A program made the translations under genes and the position numbers. Below the pieces are notes generated by a model. The model ran no database searches. It was not told the DNA's origin and saw only the letters and a program-made list of their open reading frames with translations. A stretch of 32,000 nucleotides of DNA, taken from the NCBI RefSeq assembly GCF_001457615.1, contig NZ_LN831024.1:3660001-3692000 (forward strand), given 5' to 3'. Below are positions 8,071 through 18,399 of this stretch, piece after piece. Position 1 is the stretch's first letter; each line of letters starts with the position of its first letter. The DNA comes from Pseudomonas aeruginosa. GTDB taxonomy: Bacteria > Pseudomonadota > Gammaproteobacteria > Pseudomonadales > Pseudomonadaceae.

Positions 8071-8855
8071 GCGTCCAGGACCTGCAGCAACTGCTGCTGA
8101 CCTACAGCCTGCTGCTGCCGCGGATCATCAGTTGCTTCGTGGTCCTGCCGGTGCTGGCCAAGCAAACCCTGGGCGGCGGCCTGGTGCGCAACGGCGTGGC
8201 CTGCTCGCTGGCGCTGTTCGCCTACCCGATCGTCGCCGGCAGCCTGCCGCCGGCCCTCGACGCGCTGGACATCGCCCTGCTGATCGGCAAGGAAGTGCTG
8301 CTCGGCCTGCTCATCGGCTTCGTCGCCACCATTCCCTTCTGGGCCATGGAAGCGACCGGCTTCATCATCGACAACCAGCGTGGCGCGGCACTCGCCTCGA
8401 CCTTCAACCCCAGCCTGGGCAGCCAGACCAGCCCCACCGGGCTGTTGCTGACGCAGACGCTGATCACCCTGTTCTTCTCCGGCGGCGCCTTCCTCGCGCT
8501 GGTCGGCTCGCTGTTCAGGAGCTATGCCAGTTGGCCGGTGAGCAGTTTCTTCCCGCAGCTCGGCAGCCAATGGGTGGCATTCTTCTACGCGCAGTTCTCG
8601 CAGATGCTGATGCTCTGCGCGCTGTTCGCCGCGCCGCTGCTGATCGCCATGTTCCTCGCCGAGTTCGGCCTGGCGCTGGTCAGCCGCTTCGCCCCGTCGC
8701 TGAACGTGTTCATCCTCGCCATGCCGATCAAGAGCCTGGTGGCCAGCCTGCTGCTGGTGCTCTACCTGGGCATCCTCATGGAGCACGCCTACGATGCCCT
8801 GCTGCTCGCCGTCGACCCGCTGCGCCTGCTGCGTCCCGTGCTGGAGACGCCATGA
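8067..8855 (+). CDS. pscT: PscT, T3SS export-apparatus protein (YscT/FliR family)
   Basis: ATG 8067 overlaps the pscS stop (ATGA). 262-aa polytopic membrane protein MSVQDLQQLLLTYSLLLPRIISCFVVLPVL... Confidence 0.94.
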   Translation: MSVQDLQQLLLTYSLLLPRIISCFVVLPVLAKQTLGGGLVRNGVACSLALFAYPIVAGSLPPALDALDIALLIGKEVLLGLLIGFVATIPFWAMEATGFIIDNQRGAALASTFNPSLGSQTSPTGLLLTQTLITLFFSGGAFLALVGSLFRSYASWPVSSFFPQLGSQWVAFFYAQFSQMLMLCALFAAPLLIAMFLAEFGLALVSRFAPSLNVFILAMPIKSLVASLLLVLYLGILMEHAYDALLLAVDPLRLLRPVLETP

Positions 8856-9901
8856 GCGCCGAGAAGACCGAGCAGCCCACGGCGAAGAAGCTGCGCGACG
8901 CCCGCCGGCAAGGCCAGGTGGTGAAGAGCAAGGAAATTGTCTCCAGCGCGTTGATCCTGTCGCTGGTGGCGCTGCTGATGGGCTTTTCCGACTACTACCT
9001 GGAGCATCTCGGCAAGCTGCTCCTGCTGCCCGCCGAGTACATCGACCTGCCGTTTCGCCAGGCGCTGGAGACCATCCTGGAGAACCTTCTCCAGGAGCTC
9101 CTCTACCTGCTGGCGCCGGTCCTGCTGGTCGCGGCGCTGGTGGTGGTGCTCAGCCATGTCGGCCAGTACGGTTTCCTGCTCAGCCTCGACAGCGTCAAAC
9201 CGGACCTGAAGAAGATCAACCCGGTGGAGGGCGCGAAGAAGATCTTCTCGATCCGGAGCCTGGTGGAGTTCCTCAAGTCGACCCTGAAGGTCGCCCTGCT
9301 CTCCCTGCTGGTCTGGCTGACCTTGCAGGGCAACCTGGCCAGCCTCCTGCGGATTCCCGCCTGCGGGCTGGACTGCGTGGCACCGGTGAGCGGGCTGATG
9401 CTCAGGCAACTGATGCTGGTCTGCGCGGTCGGCTTCCTGGCGATTGCCGTCGCCGACTACGCCTTCGAACGCCACCAGCACTACAAGCAGTTGCGCATGA
9501 GCAAGGACGAAGTGAAGCGCGAGTACAAGGAGATGGAGGGCAGTCCGGAGATCAAGAGCAAGCGCCGGCAATTCCATCAGGAACTGCAATCGAGCAACCT
9601 GCGCGCGGATGTCCGGCGCTCCTCGGTGATCGTCGCCAACCCGACCCACGTCGCCATCGGCATACGCTATCGACGCGGCGAAACGCCCCTGCCGCTGGTC
9701 ACCCTGAAGCACACCGACGCCCTGGCCCTGAGGGTCCGGCGCATCGCCGAGGAAGAAGGAATCCCGGTGCTGCAACGAATTCCGCTGGCACGGGCGCTGC
9801 TGCGCGACGGCAATGTCGACCAGTACATACCGGCGGACCTGATCCAGGCCACCGCCGAAGTCCTGCGCTGGCTGGAAAGCCAGCAGACGGATACGCCCTG
9901 A
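8852..9901 (+). CDS. pscU: PscU, T3SS autocleaving switch protein (YscU/FlhB family)
   Basis: ATG 8852 overlaps the pscT stop (ATGA). 349 aa: MSAEKTEQPTAKKLRDARRQGQVVKSKE... The NPTH autocleavage motif is present (VIVANPTHVAIGIRY). Confidence 0.96.
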   Translation: MSAEKTEQPTAKKLRDARRQGQVVKSKEIVSSALILSLVALLMGFSDYYLEHLGKLLLLPAEYIDLPFRQALETILENLLQELLYLLAPVLLVAALVVVLSHVGQYGFLLSLDSVKPDLKKINPVEGAKKIFSIRSLVEFLKSTLKVALLSLLVWLTLQGNLASLLRIPACGLDCVAPVSGLMLRQLMLVCAVGFLAIAVADYAFERHQHYKQLRMSKDEVKREYKEMEGSPEIKSKRRQFHQELQSSNLRADVRRSSVIVANPTHVAIGIRYRRGETPLPLVTLKHTDALALRVRRIAEEEGIPVLQRIPLARALLRDGNVDQYIPADLIQATAEVLRWLESQQTDTP

Positions 9902-9963
9902 TCGCTATCGGGCAGGGCGGCCGCCTCGGCACCGGCGACGAAAGACGCTGCGACCTGGCGCCG

Positions 9964-9989
9964 AAAAAAAGGGACCCGAAGGCCCCTTT
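9964..9989 (-). terminator. Rho-independent terminator between the convergent pscU and transferase genes, best on the minus strand
   Basis: Arms 9968-9976 (AAAGGGACC) and 9981-9989 (GGCCCCTTT) form a 9-bp stem with one mismatch and a CGAA loop. The A7 run at 9964-9970 gives a U-tract on the minus-strand transcript. Confidence 0.6.
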
Positions 9990-10006
9990 CACATGCTTGC
10001 TACGGG

Positions 10007-12109
10007 TCAGTCCTTGTCCGGGATCCCGTGTACCACGCCCGCGGTATTCTCCAGCAGGCTCTTGGTCGCGGTCTGGATGAACGACTCCAGCTTCTTCTGC
10101 AGCTCGGCCTGGTCCGGCACGTCCTTGGTGATCACCGCCTTGGCATCGCCGCCCAGTTGATAATCGTAGACGCGCACGTCACCGTCCTTCGGCCGCACCA
10201 GGATGCGGTTGCCGGAGACGATGGCGACGTTCTGCTCGCTGCCCGACGGCTTGATCACGCCGAAGCCCTTGTCGCCTTCCGGCAGGTTCAGCAGGTCGCG
10301 GCCCCAGCACTGGTGGACGGTCTCGCCGCCGAGCAGGCCCATGATGGTCGGCACGATGTCGACCTGGGTACCGACGGTCGGCAGGTGGGTACCGAACTTC
10401 TCCTGGATGCCGGGGGCGATCAGCAGCAGCGGCACGTTGAAGCGGTGCAGGTCCATCTCGGTGAGCTGCTCGGGGCTGCCGAAGCCATGGTCGCCGACCA
10501 CCACGAAAAGGGTGTCCTTGTAGTACGGCGACTTCTTCGCCTTCTCGAAGAACTGGCCCAGCGCCCAGTCGGAATAGCGCATGGCGGTCAGGTGCTCGTC
10601 GAGCGAACCGTAGCCGGTCACGCGCTCCACCGGCAGGTCCTTCGGCAACGCATAGGGCACGTGGTTGGAGAGGCTCTGCAACAGCGCATAGAACGGCTTG
10701 CCGGTGCTCGCCAGCTTGTCCAGTTCCTCGTTGCCACGGGCGAACATGTCCTGGTCGGAGACGCCCCAGGTCGGATCGGAGAACACCGGGTCGACATAGT
10801 CGTTGCGGCCGATGAAGGTGGTCATGCCCTGGTTGCTGAAGAAGCCGGACTGGTTGTCCCAGGCGAAATCGCCGTTGTAGACGTAGACGTCCTCGTACTG
10901 GCGGGCGCTGAGCAACTGCGGCAGGCCGGAGAACTTGTGGCCGCCCTCCGGGGTTTGCATCAGGTATTCGAAGCCCGGCAGGTTGGGGAAGCAGGCCATG
11001 GTGGCGAACATGCCCTGGTGGGTATGGGTGCCGTTGGAGAAGAACTGGGTGAACAGCAGGCCTTCCTTCGACAGCTTGTCGAAATACGGCGTGATGTTGC
11101 CCGGCGCGCCCAGGGCGCCGACATAGTGGCCGGCGAAGCTTTCCAGCAGGACCACCACCACGTTGCGGATCGGCAGGGTATTCGCCGCCGGCGGGGTGAA
11201 CTCGCGGCGCACCGCGGCCTCATCGGCGTCCACCAGCTTGTCGTTGGGGGTCAGCAACATCTGCCGGGTGGTCTCCAGGGCGACCTTGTCGTCCAGGGTG
11301 GCCTTCCAGATGTTCGCGCGGTCTTCGGAGAAGCGCTCCTTGGCCGCCTTGACCAGGGTCAGGGTGCCGTTCAGGCCCAACTGGTTGGCGAACATGGACT
11401 CGGTGGTGAAGGCATCGCCCCAGCGCAGCGGCGGGCCCTGGCGCAGGGTGCCGCGGGCGGCGAGGACGCAGACCAGCACGCAGAGGAACAGCACCACGCC
11501 GCGCACGTACCAGGGCGCGGCAGCGCTCGGCCGGGCGATCACGCTGTCTTCGCGCGGCTTGCGCTGGCTCGGGCGGGTCGCCAGGTCGATGGCCTTGAAC
11601 ACCCGGTACAGCACCCAGGTGGCGAAGGCCCAGGCCAGCAGGTAGCGGACCACCGGGAAGCCGTACCAGAGCATGCTCATGACGGTCTTCGGGTCTTCCG
11701 ACATGTACTGGAAGACCAGGCTGTTCAGGCGCTGGTGGAACTCGCGGTAGAAGTCCAGTTCGAGTACGCCGAGGAACAGGGTGATGCTGGCGAACAGCGT
11801 CAACCATGTACGGAACAGGCCGCGAGCGGCCATCGCGCGTACCGCGAACAACGACAGCACCAGCGGCGCCACGGCATAGACGACGACCCGCAGGTCGAAA
11901 CGCACGCCGTTGCCGAACGCCTCGAGGAAGGTACTCGCCGGGGTCGCGCCGATCAGTTCGCGGTTGTAGATCAGCAAGGCCAGGCGCAGCAGGCTGAACA
12001 TGACCAGCAGCACCAGCGCGCTGAGCGCGGTGAACGCCAGGTGGCTGCGGATGGTGGGCTGGAACAGCCGTGGGGGCGATTGGGTGGTTCGGACTTCCGT
12101 TTGGTCCAT
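10007..12109 (-). CDS. Membrane-anchored alkaline-phosphatase-superfamily transferase (LtaS/OpgB 'sulfatase' family)
   Basis: 700-aa ORF. The N-terminal ~200 aa contains several hydrophobic helices (LAFTALSALVLLVMFSLLRLALLIY..., VVYAVAPLVLSLFAV...). A catalytic domain follows, with VVVVLLESFAG, SNGTHTHQGMF and VVGDHG motifs typical of LtaS/phosphoglycerol-transferase-like enzymes. Confidence 0.85.
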   Translation of the reverse strand: MDQTEVRTTQSPPRLFQPTIRSHLAFTALSALVLLVMFSLLRLALLIYNRELIGATPASTFLEAFGNGVRFDLRVVVYAVAPLVLSLFAVRAMAARGLFRTWLTLFASITLFLGVLELDFYREFHQRLNSLVFQYMSEDPKTVMSMLWYGFPVVRYLLAWAFATWVLYRVFKAIDLATRPSQRKPREDSVIARPSAAAPWYVRGVVLFLCVLVCVLAARGTLRQGPPLRWGDAFTTESMFANQLGLNGTLTLVKAAKERFSEDRANIWKATLDDKVALETTRQMLLTPNDKLVDADEAAVRREFTPPAANTLPIRNVVVVLLESFAGHYVGALGAPGNITPYFDKLSKEGLLFTQFFSNGTHTHQGMFATMACFPNLPGFEYLMQTPEGGHKFSGLPQLLSARQYEDVYVYNGDFAWDNQSGFFSNQGMTTFIGRNDYVDPVFSDPTWGVSDQDMFARGNEELDKLASTGKPFYALLQSLSNHVPYALPKDLPVERVTGYGSLDEHLTAMRYSDWALGQFFEKAKKSPYYKDTLFVVVGDHGFGSPEQLTEMDLHRFNVPLLLIAPGIQEKFGTHLPTVGTQVDIVPTIMGLLGGETVHQCWGRDLLNLPEGDKGFGVIKPSGSEQNVAIVSGNRILVRPKDGDVRVYDYQLGGDAKAVITKDVPDQAELQKKLESFIQTATKSLLENTAGVVHGIPDKD

Positions 12110-12111
12110 GT

Positions 12112-12990
12112 TTACAATTCGCTCTTCTGTCGTTCGATTTCGAGAATGCGGTCCCGCCCCTGCTCGGCCAGCAGGTAGCGGCCGGGCCCGATGGGCAGTA
12201 GGGACTGTGCGGAACGCAGGCGCCGTACGATCACCTGCAGCGGCCCGTCGGGCGGCAGCAGCAAGGCTCGCGCGTTATGCGTCGAGTCCTCGGTGATCCA
12301 CAGGCCTTCGCTGTCGCACAGCAAAAAGCTCGGTGCATTCAGTCCGTTCAGCACCACCTCGTCCTCGGCCCCCTCATGCAGACGCATGACGTGGCCACGT
12401 TTCTTTTCCGTGTAGAAGACGCTTCCGTCCGGGCAGGCGGCCACCCCTTCGGAGCGCTGCAATCCCTCGCGCAGTACCGTCAGTCCGCCGGTCTCCGGGT
12501 CGTAGCGGAGAATCCGCCCGTCCAGGTCGCGATCCTCGGCGGCGTACAGGTAGCGGCCGTCGCTGGCGACGCCCTCCACCTGGATGCCGTCGAACAGCGG
12601 CCGGGCCTGCTGGGCATGCCACCAGAACACCGGCGAGGCGCCCTGCTCCTGGCTGATCGCGATGCCGTCGCGGAAGCTGGCCATGCCGTCGGGCTTGGAC
12701 AGCCCGTCGAGCACCGTATCGCGGCTGCCATCGGCGGCGATGCGGAACACCAGGCCCTTGCCGTCCTGCAACTCCTGGCTCACGTAGAGCAGGCCGTCCG
12801 GGTCGCGGGCCAGGGCGCTGACGTGGGGAATGTCCTCGAGCACTACCCGGTAGGTCCAGCCGGATACGGTGGCTGCCGGGGCGAAACGCTGCCAGCCGAG
12901 GAAGGCCAGGGCGATGAAGAGGACGCTACCGAGCAGGCAGGAGACTACTACGCCGCTCTGGCGCAATCGTTTGGTCAGCATTCGATGCAC
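12112..12990 (-). CDS. Single-pass membrane/periplasmic beta-propeller-like protein, function unknown
   Basis: 292-aa ORF with an N-terminal TM helix (VVVSCLLGSVLFIALAFLGW). Repeated DG/PDG-containing blades follow (DPDGLLYVS, ADGSRDTVL, SDGRYLYAA, CPDGSVFYTE, SEGLWITE). The stop lies 2 nt before the next gene's start. The start is a GTG at 12990; an alternative ATG lies at 12981. Confidence 0.7.
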   Translation of the reverse strand: MHRMLTKRLRQSGVVVSCLLGSVLFIALAFLGWQRFAPAATVSGWTYRVVLEDIPHVSALARDPDGLLYVSQELQDGKGLVFRIAADGSRDTVLDGLSKPDGMASFRDGIAISQEQGASPVFWWHAQQARPLFDGIQVEGVASDGRYLYAAEDRDLDGRILRYDPETGGLTVLREGLQRSEGVAACPDGSVFYTEKKRGHVMRLHEGAEDEVVLNGLNAPSFLLCDSEGLWITEDSTHNARALLLPPDGPLQVIVRRLRSAQSLLPIGPGRYLLAEQGRDRILEIERQKSEL

Positions 12991-13108
12991 TCAAGGACAA
13001 AACTGCCATTTATAGCCATGGCAACGGAAAAAAGCGCGCAGATTTTCCCGGATCGATTGTGAAAAAAATGTTAGCTGGCAGTAACAGGGGATGTCGGAGC
13101 GACGCATG

Positions 13109-13129
13109 AAAAAGGGCCTTGCGGCCCTT
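13109..13129 (-). terminator. Rho-independent terminator downstream of speE
   Basis: GGGCC (13114-13118), loop TTGC, GGCCC (13123-13127), with flanking A/T pairs. The A5 run at 13109-13113 reads as a U-tract on the minus-strand transcript, 13 nt after the speE stop. Confidence 0.65.
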
Positions 13130-13141
13130 CTTGGTGAAGCG

Positions 13142-14002
<861 letters not shown>

Positions 14003-14150
14003 GGGCCGGGATCTCCCTGGTAAGGCTGCAATCTGGCAGCGGGACTTGCCCGCGCCGCGAAGAAAGGCGCGCATTCTACGCTGGCGGCAATGACAGGTCG
14101 AACCCCGCCGGCGGATGGCGCCGGCTGCGCCGGACAGGTATCGTCTGCCC

Positions 14151-15044
14151 ATGAGCCAGCCTACCTCTCCCCTCGTCCTGCACCTGCCCTACCAGTCACC
14201 CTGGGAATGGCGCCAGTTCCACCAGCATTTCGCCCTGCGCCTGCTCGCCGGTGTCGAAAGCCTGGGTGACGACCACTATGCCCGCAGCTTCCGGGCCAAC
14301 GGTCGCCCGGCCTGGTTCGAGGTGCGACCGCTGGCGGAACGCCAGGTCCTGGCGCTGAGCCTCAGCCCGTCCGCCCATGCCCTGGCCGCCGAACTCGAGG
14401 CACGGGTCCGCCGGATGTTCGACCTGGACAGCGACCCGGCCGCCATCGCCCGGCATTTCGCCGGGGATCCCCTGCTCGGCCCGCTGGTGGCCGCCAATCC
14501 GGGACTGCGCCTGCCGGTGGCCTTCGATCCCTTCGAACAGGCGGTGCGCGCCATCGTCGGCCAGCAGGTCACGGTGAAGGCCGCGGTGACCATCACCGGG
14601 CGCCTGATCCAGCGCCTCGGCGAGCCGCTGGAAGATCTCGGCTACGACGGCATCAGCCACCTGTTCCCGACGCCCGCCGCGCTGGCGCAAGCCAACCTCG
14701 ACGGCATCGGCATGCCCGGCAAGCGGGTACAGACGCTGCAACGCTTCGCCGCGGCGATCGCCTCGGGAGAGCTGAGCCTGGACCTGGCGGACGGCCCCGA
14801 GGCCCTGGTGGAGCGCCTCTGCGCGTTGCCCGGCATCGGCCCCTGGACCGCCGAATACATAGCCCTGCGTGCCATGGGCGAAGCCGACGCCTTCCCCGCC
14901 GCCGACCTCGGCCTGCTGAAATCCACGGTCTGGGGGCCGCAAGGCATCGATGCGCGCAGCCTGAAGGCCCGCGCCGAGGCCTGGCGGCCTTGGCGCGCCT
15001 ACGCCGCGATCCACCTGTGGCACCACTACGCCGCAGGCGGCTAA
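14151..15044 (+). CDS. alkA: DNA-3-methyladenine glycosylase II (AlkA, HhH-GPD family)
   Basis: HhH-GPD hallmark [33 protein letters not shown]. Start chosen at [12 protein letters not shown] (ATG 14151, 297 aa). An upstream in-frame ATG at 14115 is possible. Confidence 0.85.
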   Translation: MSQPTSPLVLHLPYQSPWEWRQFHQHFALRLLAGVESLGDDHYARSFRANGRPAWFEVRPLAERQVLALSLSPSAHALAAELEARVRRMFDLDSDPAAIARHFAGDPLLGPLVAANPGLRLPVAFDPFEQAVRAIVGQQVTVKAAVTITGRLIQRLGEPLEDLGYDGISHLFPTPAALAQANLDGIGMPGKRVQTLQRFAAAIASGELSLDLADGPEALVERLCALPGIGPWTAEYIALRAMGEADAFPAADLGLLKSTVWGPQGIDARSLKARAEAWRPWRAYAAIHLWHHYAAGG

Positions 15045-15059
15045 CGCCGCGGCGGGAGG

Positions 15060-15251
15060 CTACAGCCTGACGTTGCCGCGCGGGCCGGCGATGGCCCAGA
15101 TGATCAGGCCGAGCACCGGCAGGACGATGATCACCAGGACCCAGATGATCTTCATCCCGGTTTCCGCAGCGCTTTTCAGGATGTTGACGATGGCCCAGAT
15201 ATCCAGGGCCAGGATGACCAGGCTGATCAGCCCGCTGAGGGTGGAACCCAT
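15060..15251 (-). CDS. Small two-TM membrane protein, PLDc_N ('phospholipase-D-nuclease N-terminal') type
   Basis: 63-aa ORF MGSTLSGLISLVILALDIWAIVNILKSAAETGMKIIWVLVIIVLPVLGLIIWAIAGPRG. It has a GGGAG Shine-Dalgarno 9 nt upstream and good G/C at codon position 3. The LDIWAI...K..W..I..P..G pattern is typical of the family. Confidence 0.7.
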   Translation of the reverse strand: MGSTLSGLISLVILALDIWAIVNILKSAAETGMKIIWVLVIIVLPVLGLIIWAIAGPRGNVRL

Positions 15252-15299
15252 GGCGCGATGCTCCCGAGCAAGAGTGTTCCCTCAGGATAGCCGGCGCGT

Positions 15300-15977
15300 T
15301 CACTCCACGAGGATGTCGGCGAAGCTGGCCACCGTCGGATGGCCGTCCAGGCTGCCGCCTTCGCGGGCCAGGCCGAGCGTGCGCATGCCCGCGTCGCGCG
15401 CGGCATCCAGTTCCTGCACCACGTCGGAAAGGAAAAGGATTTCCGCGGCCGGCAGGCCGATGGCCCCGGCGATCCGCGCATAGGAGGCGCTTTCCCGCTT
15501 CGGCCCGCTGGTAGTGTCGAAGTAGCCGGAAAACAGCGAGCCCAGGTCGCCGGCCTCGGAACAGCCGAAGATCAGCTTCTGCGCCTGGATCGAGCCGGAG
15601 GAATAGACGTACAGGTCCAGCCCACGGGCCTTCCACTCGCGCAGCGCCTGCACCGCGTCCGGGTAGACGTGGCCTTTCAACTGACCGTCGCGGTAGCCCT
15701 GGGCCCAGACCATGCCTTGCAGGGCCTTCAGCGGCGTCGCCTTGCGGTCCTCGGCGATCCATTGCAGGAGGATCGCGATCACCCGCTCGACATCGGCGTC
15801 CGCCTCACCGCTCTCGGCACGCACCGCCGCCAACTGTGCGGCTACCTCGGTCTCTCCGGCGTGTTCGCGGACGAAGTCCGGCAGGTGCCGGGCGGCATAG
15901 GGAAACAGCACGTCGAAAACGAAGCTGACCGCGCTGGTGGTGCCTTCGATGTCGGTGAGAATGGCTTTGATGGTCAT
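15300..15977 (-). CDS. mtnC: Enolase-phosphatase E1 of methionine salvage (HAD family)
   Basis: 225-aa [31 protein letters not shown]... with HAD motif I (LTDIEGTT). It is adjacent to mtnD and mtnB. I recall it being called masA in PAO1. Confidence 0.92.
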   Translation of the reverse strand: MTIKAILTDIEGTTSAVSFVFDVLFPYAARHLPDFVREHAGETEVAAQLAAVRAESGEADADVERVIAILLQWIAEDRKATPLKALQGMVWAQGYRDGQLKGHVYPDAVQALREWKARGLDLYVYSSGSIQAQKLIFGCSEAGDLGSLFSGYFDTTSGPKRESASYARIAGAIGLPAAEILFLSDVVQELDAARDAGMRTLGLAREGGSLDGHPTVASFADILVE

Positions 15978-15995
15978 GCGGACTCCGGATGAAAC

Positions 15996-16018
15996 CGCCC
16001 CCGGCAGGACCGGGGGCG
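15996..16018 (-). repeat. GC-rich inverted repeat (9-bp perfect stem, 5-nt loop) between mtnD and mtnC
   Basis: CGCCCCCGG (15996-16004), loop CAGGA, CCGGGGGCG (16010-16018). No clear U-tract follows on the minus strand. Confidence 0.5.
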
Positions 16019-16048
16019 CGGATGGTGACGGATGGGACGGTGCCTCGC

Positions 16049-16594
16049 TCAGTCTTCCAGCAGGGGGAAGCGGCTGGCGATGTCGTCGCCGGTGAACTGG
16101 GCGACCCAGCCCTCCGGGTTGTTGAACAGGCGCACGGCGACGAAATGCGGGTGCTCGCCCATGTCGAACCAGTGGCGGGTGCCGGCCGGCACCGAGATCA
16201 GGTCGTTGCGCTCGCAGAGCACGGCGTAGACATGCTCCTCGATATGCAGGACGAACAGGCCGCGCCCGGCGACGAAGAAGCGCACCTCGTCTTCGCCATG
16301 GCGGTGCTCGTCGAGGAACTTGGCGCGCAATTCGGCCTTCTGCGGGTGGTCGCTGTTCAGGCTGACCACGTCCACGGTGATGTAGCCGCGCTCGCGCTTG
16401 AGCCGCTCGATCTCGTGGGCGTAGGCGGCGATCACCTCGTCCTGGCTGGCGCCGGCGGCGATCGGCGCGGCGGCTTCCCAGCGTTCGAAACGGACGCCGA
16501 CCTCGGCCAGGGTCGAAGCGATGTCCTCGGCATGGGTCAGCAGCTTCAGCGGCTGCTCCGGCTGGTTCTCGTGATAGACGGTAAGGCTGCTCAT
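16049..16594 (-). CDS. mtnD: Acireductone dioxygenase (ARD, cupin)
   Basis: 181-aa [28 protein letters not shown]...[18 protein letters not shown]... with ARD-type cupin motifs. ATGA overlap with the mtnB stop. Confidence 0.92.
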   Translation of the reverse strand: MSSLTVYHENQPEQPLKLLTHAEDIASTLAEVGVRFERWEAAAPIAAGASQDEVIAAYAHEIERLKRERGYITVDVVSLNSDHPQKAELRAKFLDEHRHGEDEVRFFVAGRGLFVLHIEEHVYAVLCERNDLISVPAGTRHWFDMGEHPHFVAVRLFNNPEGWVAQFTGDDIASRFPLLED

Positions 16595-17208
16595 CGGCTC
16601 AGACTCAGTACTTTCAGTTCACACTCGAACAGAAACTCGAAAGCTTCCACCTGACGCAGGGCATCGCTCATGCGCGCGCCCCAAGTGTACAGCCCGTGGC
16701 CGCGGATCAAATACCCCGGGCAGTGCGGATGCGCCTCCAGCCAGGGCTGCACGCGGCTGGCCAGGCGGGCGATGTCCTGGTCGTTGTCGAAGATCGGCAC
16801 CTCGACCTGGCCTTCGTGGGTGGTGACCCCGGCGAAGGCCTTCTGCAGTTCGTAGTCCTGCAGCACCAGGCGGTCGCCGCGGACCAGGCGGGAAAGCACG
16901 GTGGCATTCACCGAGTGGGTATGCAGCACCGCGCCGATCGCCGGGTTCCAGGCATACAGCTGGGTGTGCAGGAGGGTCTCCGCCGAGGGTTTCTTGCCCG
17001 GTTCCAGGCTGTTGCCGGCCAGGTCGGTGGCCAGCACGTCGTCGAAGCCCAACTGGCCCTTGTGCTTGCCCGAGACGGTGAGCAGCGCGCGCTGTTCGTC
17101 CAGGCGCGCGGAGTAGTTGCTGCTGGTTGCCGGCGACCAGCCGCGGCCGTAGAGGAACCGGCCGGCGTCGATGATCTGCTGGGTCAGCTGTTCACGGTTG
17201 TCGTTCAT
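16591..17208 (-). CDS. mtnB: Methylthioribulose-1-phosphate dehydratase (class II aldolase/adducin family)
   Basis: 205-aa [39 protein letters not shown]...VLHTHS... Its start overlaps the upstream MFS gene stop. Confidence 0.92.
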   Translation of the reverse strand: MNDNREQLTQQIIDAGRFLYGRGWSPATSSNYSARLDEQRALLTVSGKHKGQLGFDDVLATDLAGNSLEPGKKPSAETLLHTQLYAWNPAIGAVLHTHSVNATVLSRLVRGDRLVLQDYELQKAFAGVTTHEGQVEVPIFDNDQDIARLASRVQPWLEAHPHCPGYLIRGHGLYTWGARMSDALRQVEAFEFLFECELKVLSLSR

Positions 17209-18356
17209 GCCCGCACCTCTTGCAAACGGGTACTGATGATAGCGGCTGCCAGCAAGGCTGCCAGGCTGGCGATGGCGAAGGTCCAGGCAGGGCCCAGGCT
17301 GTTCCAGCTATAGCCGGAATACAGCGCGCCCAGGGCTCCACCGGTACCGGCCAGCGCAGCATACAGGGCCTGGCCCTGGCCCTGCTGGCGCGGGCCGAAG
17401 CTACGTTGCACGAAATGGATGGCAGCCGCATGAAAACTGCCGAAGGTGGCGGCATGCAGCGTCTGGGCAAAGACCAGCAGCGCCAGGCTGTCGGCCAGGT
17501 TGCCGAGAAGCAGCCAGCGCAGCGACGCCAGCAGGAAGCTCGCGGCCAGCACCTGGCGCAGGCTGAAGCGTTGCAGCAGGCGTGGCATGGCGAGGAACAA
17601 CATGACCTCGGCGACCACCCCCAGCGCCCAGAGCAGACCGATCAGCGCCCGGCTGTAGCCCAGCGATTCCAGGTGCAGGGTCAGGAAGGTGTAGTACGGC
17701 CCATGGGACAGCTGCATCAGGCACACGCACAGGTAGAACGCCAGCACGCCCGGCTGGCGCAACTGGGCGAGGAAGCCGCCCTCGCCTTCGCGCGGTTCGC
17801 GATGGGCCGGCTGGGCATTGGGCACCCACCAGCTGCACAGCACGATGCCGAGCATGATACCCAGCAGCGTCGCCGGGTAGACATCCAGGCTCAGGCGCTC
17901 GAACAGCGCGCCGAGACCGACCACGGTGCAGATGAAACCGATCGAGCCCCACAGGCGAATCCGGCTGTAGCTGGCGCTGCGCTCGCGCAGGTGGGCCAGG
18001 GTGATGACCTCGAACTGCGGCAGCACGGCGTGCCAGAAGAACGCGTGCAACGCCATCACCAAGGCCAGCCAGGCGTAGCTGTGGCTGACGAAGATCAGCG
18101 AGAAGCCCAGCGCCGTGCATACCGCGCCGAAGCGCACGATGGCCAGGCGCTGGCCGCTGCGGTCGCCCAGCCAGCCCCACAGGTTGGGCGCGACGCAACG
18201 CATCAGCATGGGAATCGCCACCAGCTCGCCGATGCGCGGGCTGGGGAAGCCCAGGTGATGGAAATACAGGGCGAGGAACGGCGCCGTGGCGCCGAGCAGG
18301 CTGAAATAGAAGAAATAGAAGCTGGACAGGCGCCAGTAGGGAACCGCGCTGGTCAC
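17205..18356 (-). CDS. MFS transporter (HcaT/'MFS_1-like' type)
   Basis: Polytopic membrane ORF ...SAVPYWRLSSFYFFYFSLLGATAPFLALYF... Start placed at GTG 18356, giving 383 aa and a 43-nt gap from the aroC stop. The track ORF start at 18452 would overlap aroC and adds a non-membrane, poorly coding N-terminus. Confidence 0.8.
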   Translation of the reverse strand: MTSAVPYWRLSSFYFFYFSLLGATAPFLALYFHHLGFPSPRIGELVAIPMLMRCVAPNLWGWLGDRSGQRLAIVRFGAVCTALGFSLIFVSHSYAWLALVMALHAFFWHAVLPQFEVITLAHLRERSASYSRIRLWGSIGFICTVVGLGALFERLSLDVYPATLLGIMLGIVLCSWWVPNAQPAHREPREGEGGFLAQLRQPGVLAFYLCVCLMQLSHGPYYTFLTLHLESLGYSRALIGLLWALGVVAEVMLFLAMPRLLQRFSLRQVLAASFLLASLRWLLLGNLADSLALLVFAQTLHAATFGSFHAAAIHFVQRSFGPRQQGQGQALYAALAGTGGALGALYSGYSWNSLGPAWTFAIASLAALLAAAIISTRLQEVRA

Positions 18357-18399
18357 GATCCGCCGTTCACCCGTCCCGCATCGCTGCCTGCCACAGCCC

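Noticed and set aside
10028-12178. 716-aa plus-strand ORF
   Set aside because: It is the antisense shadow of the 700-aa LtaS-like transferase gene. The product is Gln/His/Arg/Gly-rich with no motifs, while the minus strand has clear TM helices and catalytic motifs.
14003-14152. Upstream extension of speE (336-aa track ORF) and of alkA (start 14115)
   Set aside because: The speE extension has no homology-like sequence and passes its own Shine-Dalgarno and ATG at 14002. For alkA, the ATG at 14151 matches the remembered length of 297 aa, but 14115 cannot be excluded from sequence alone.
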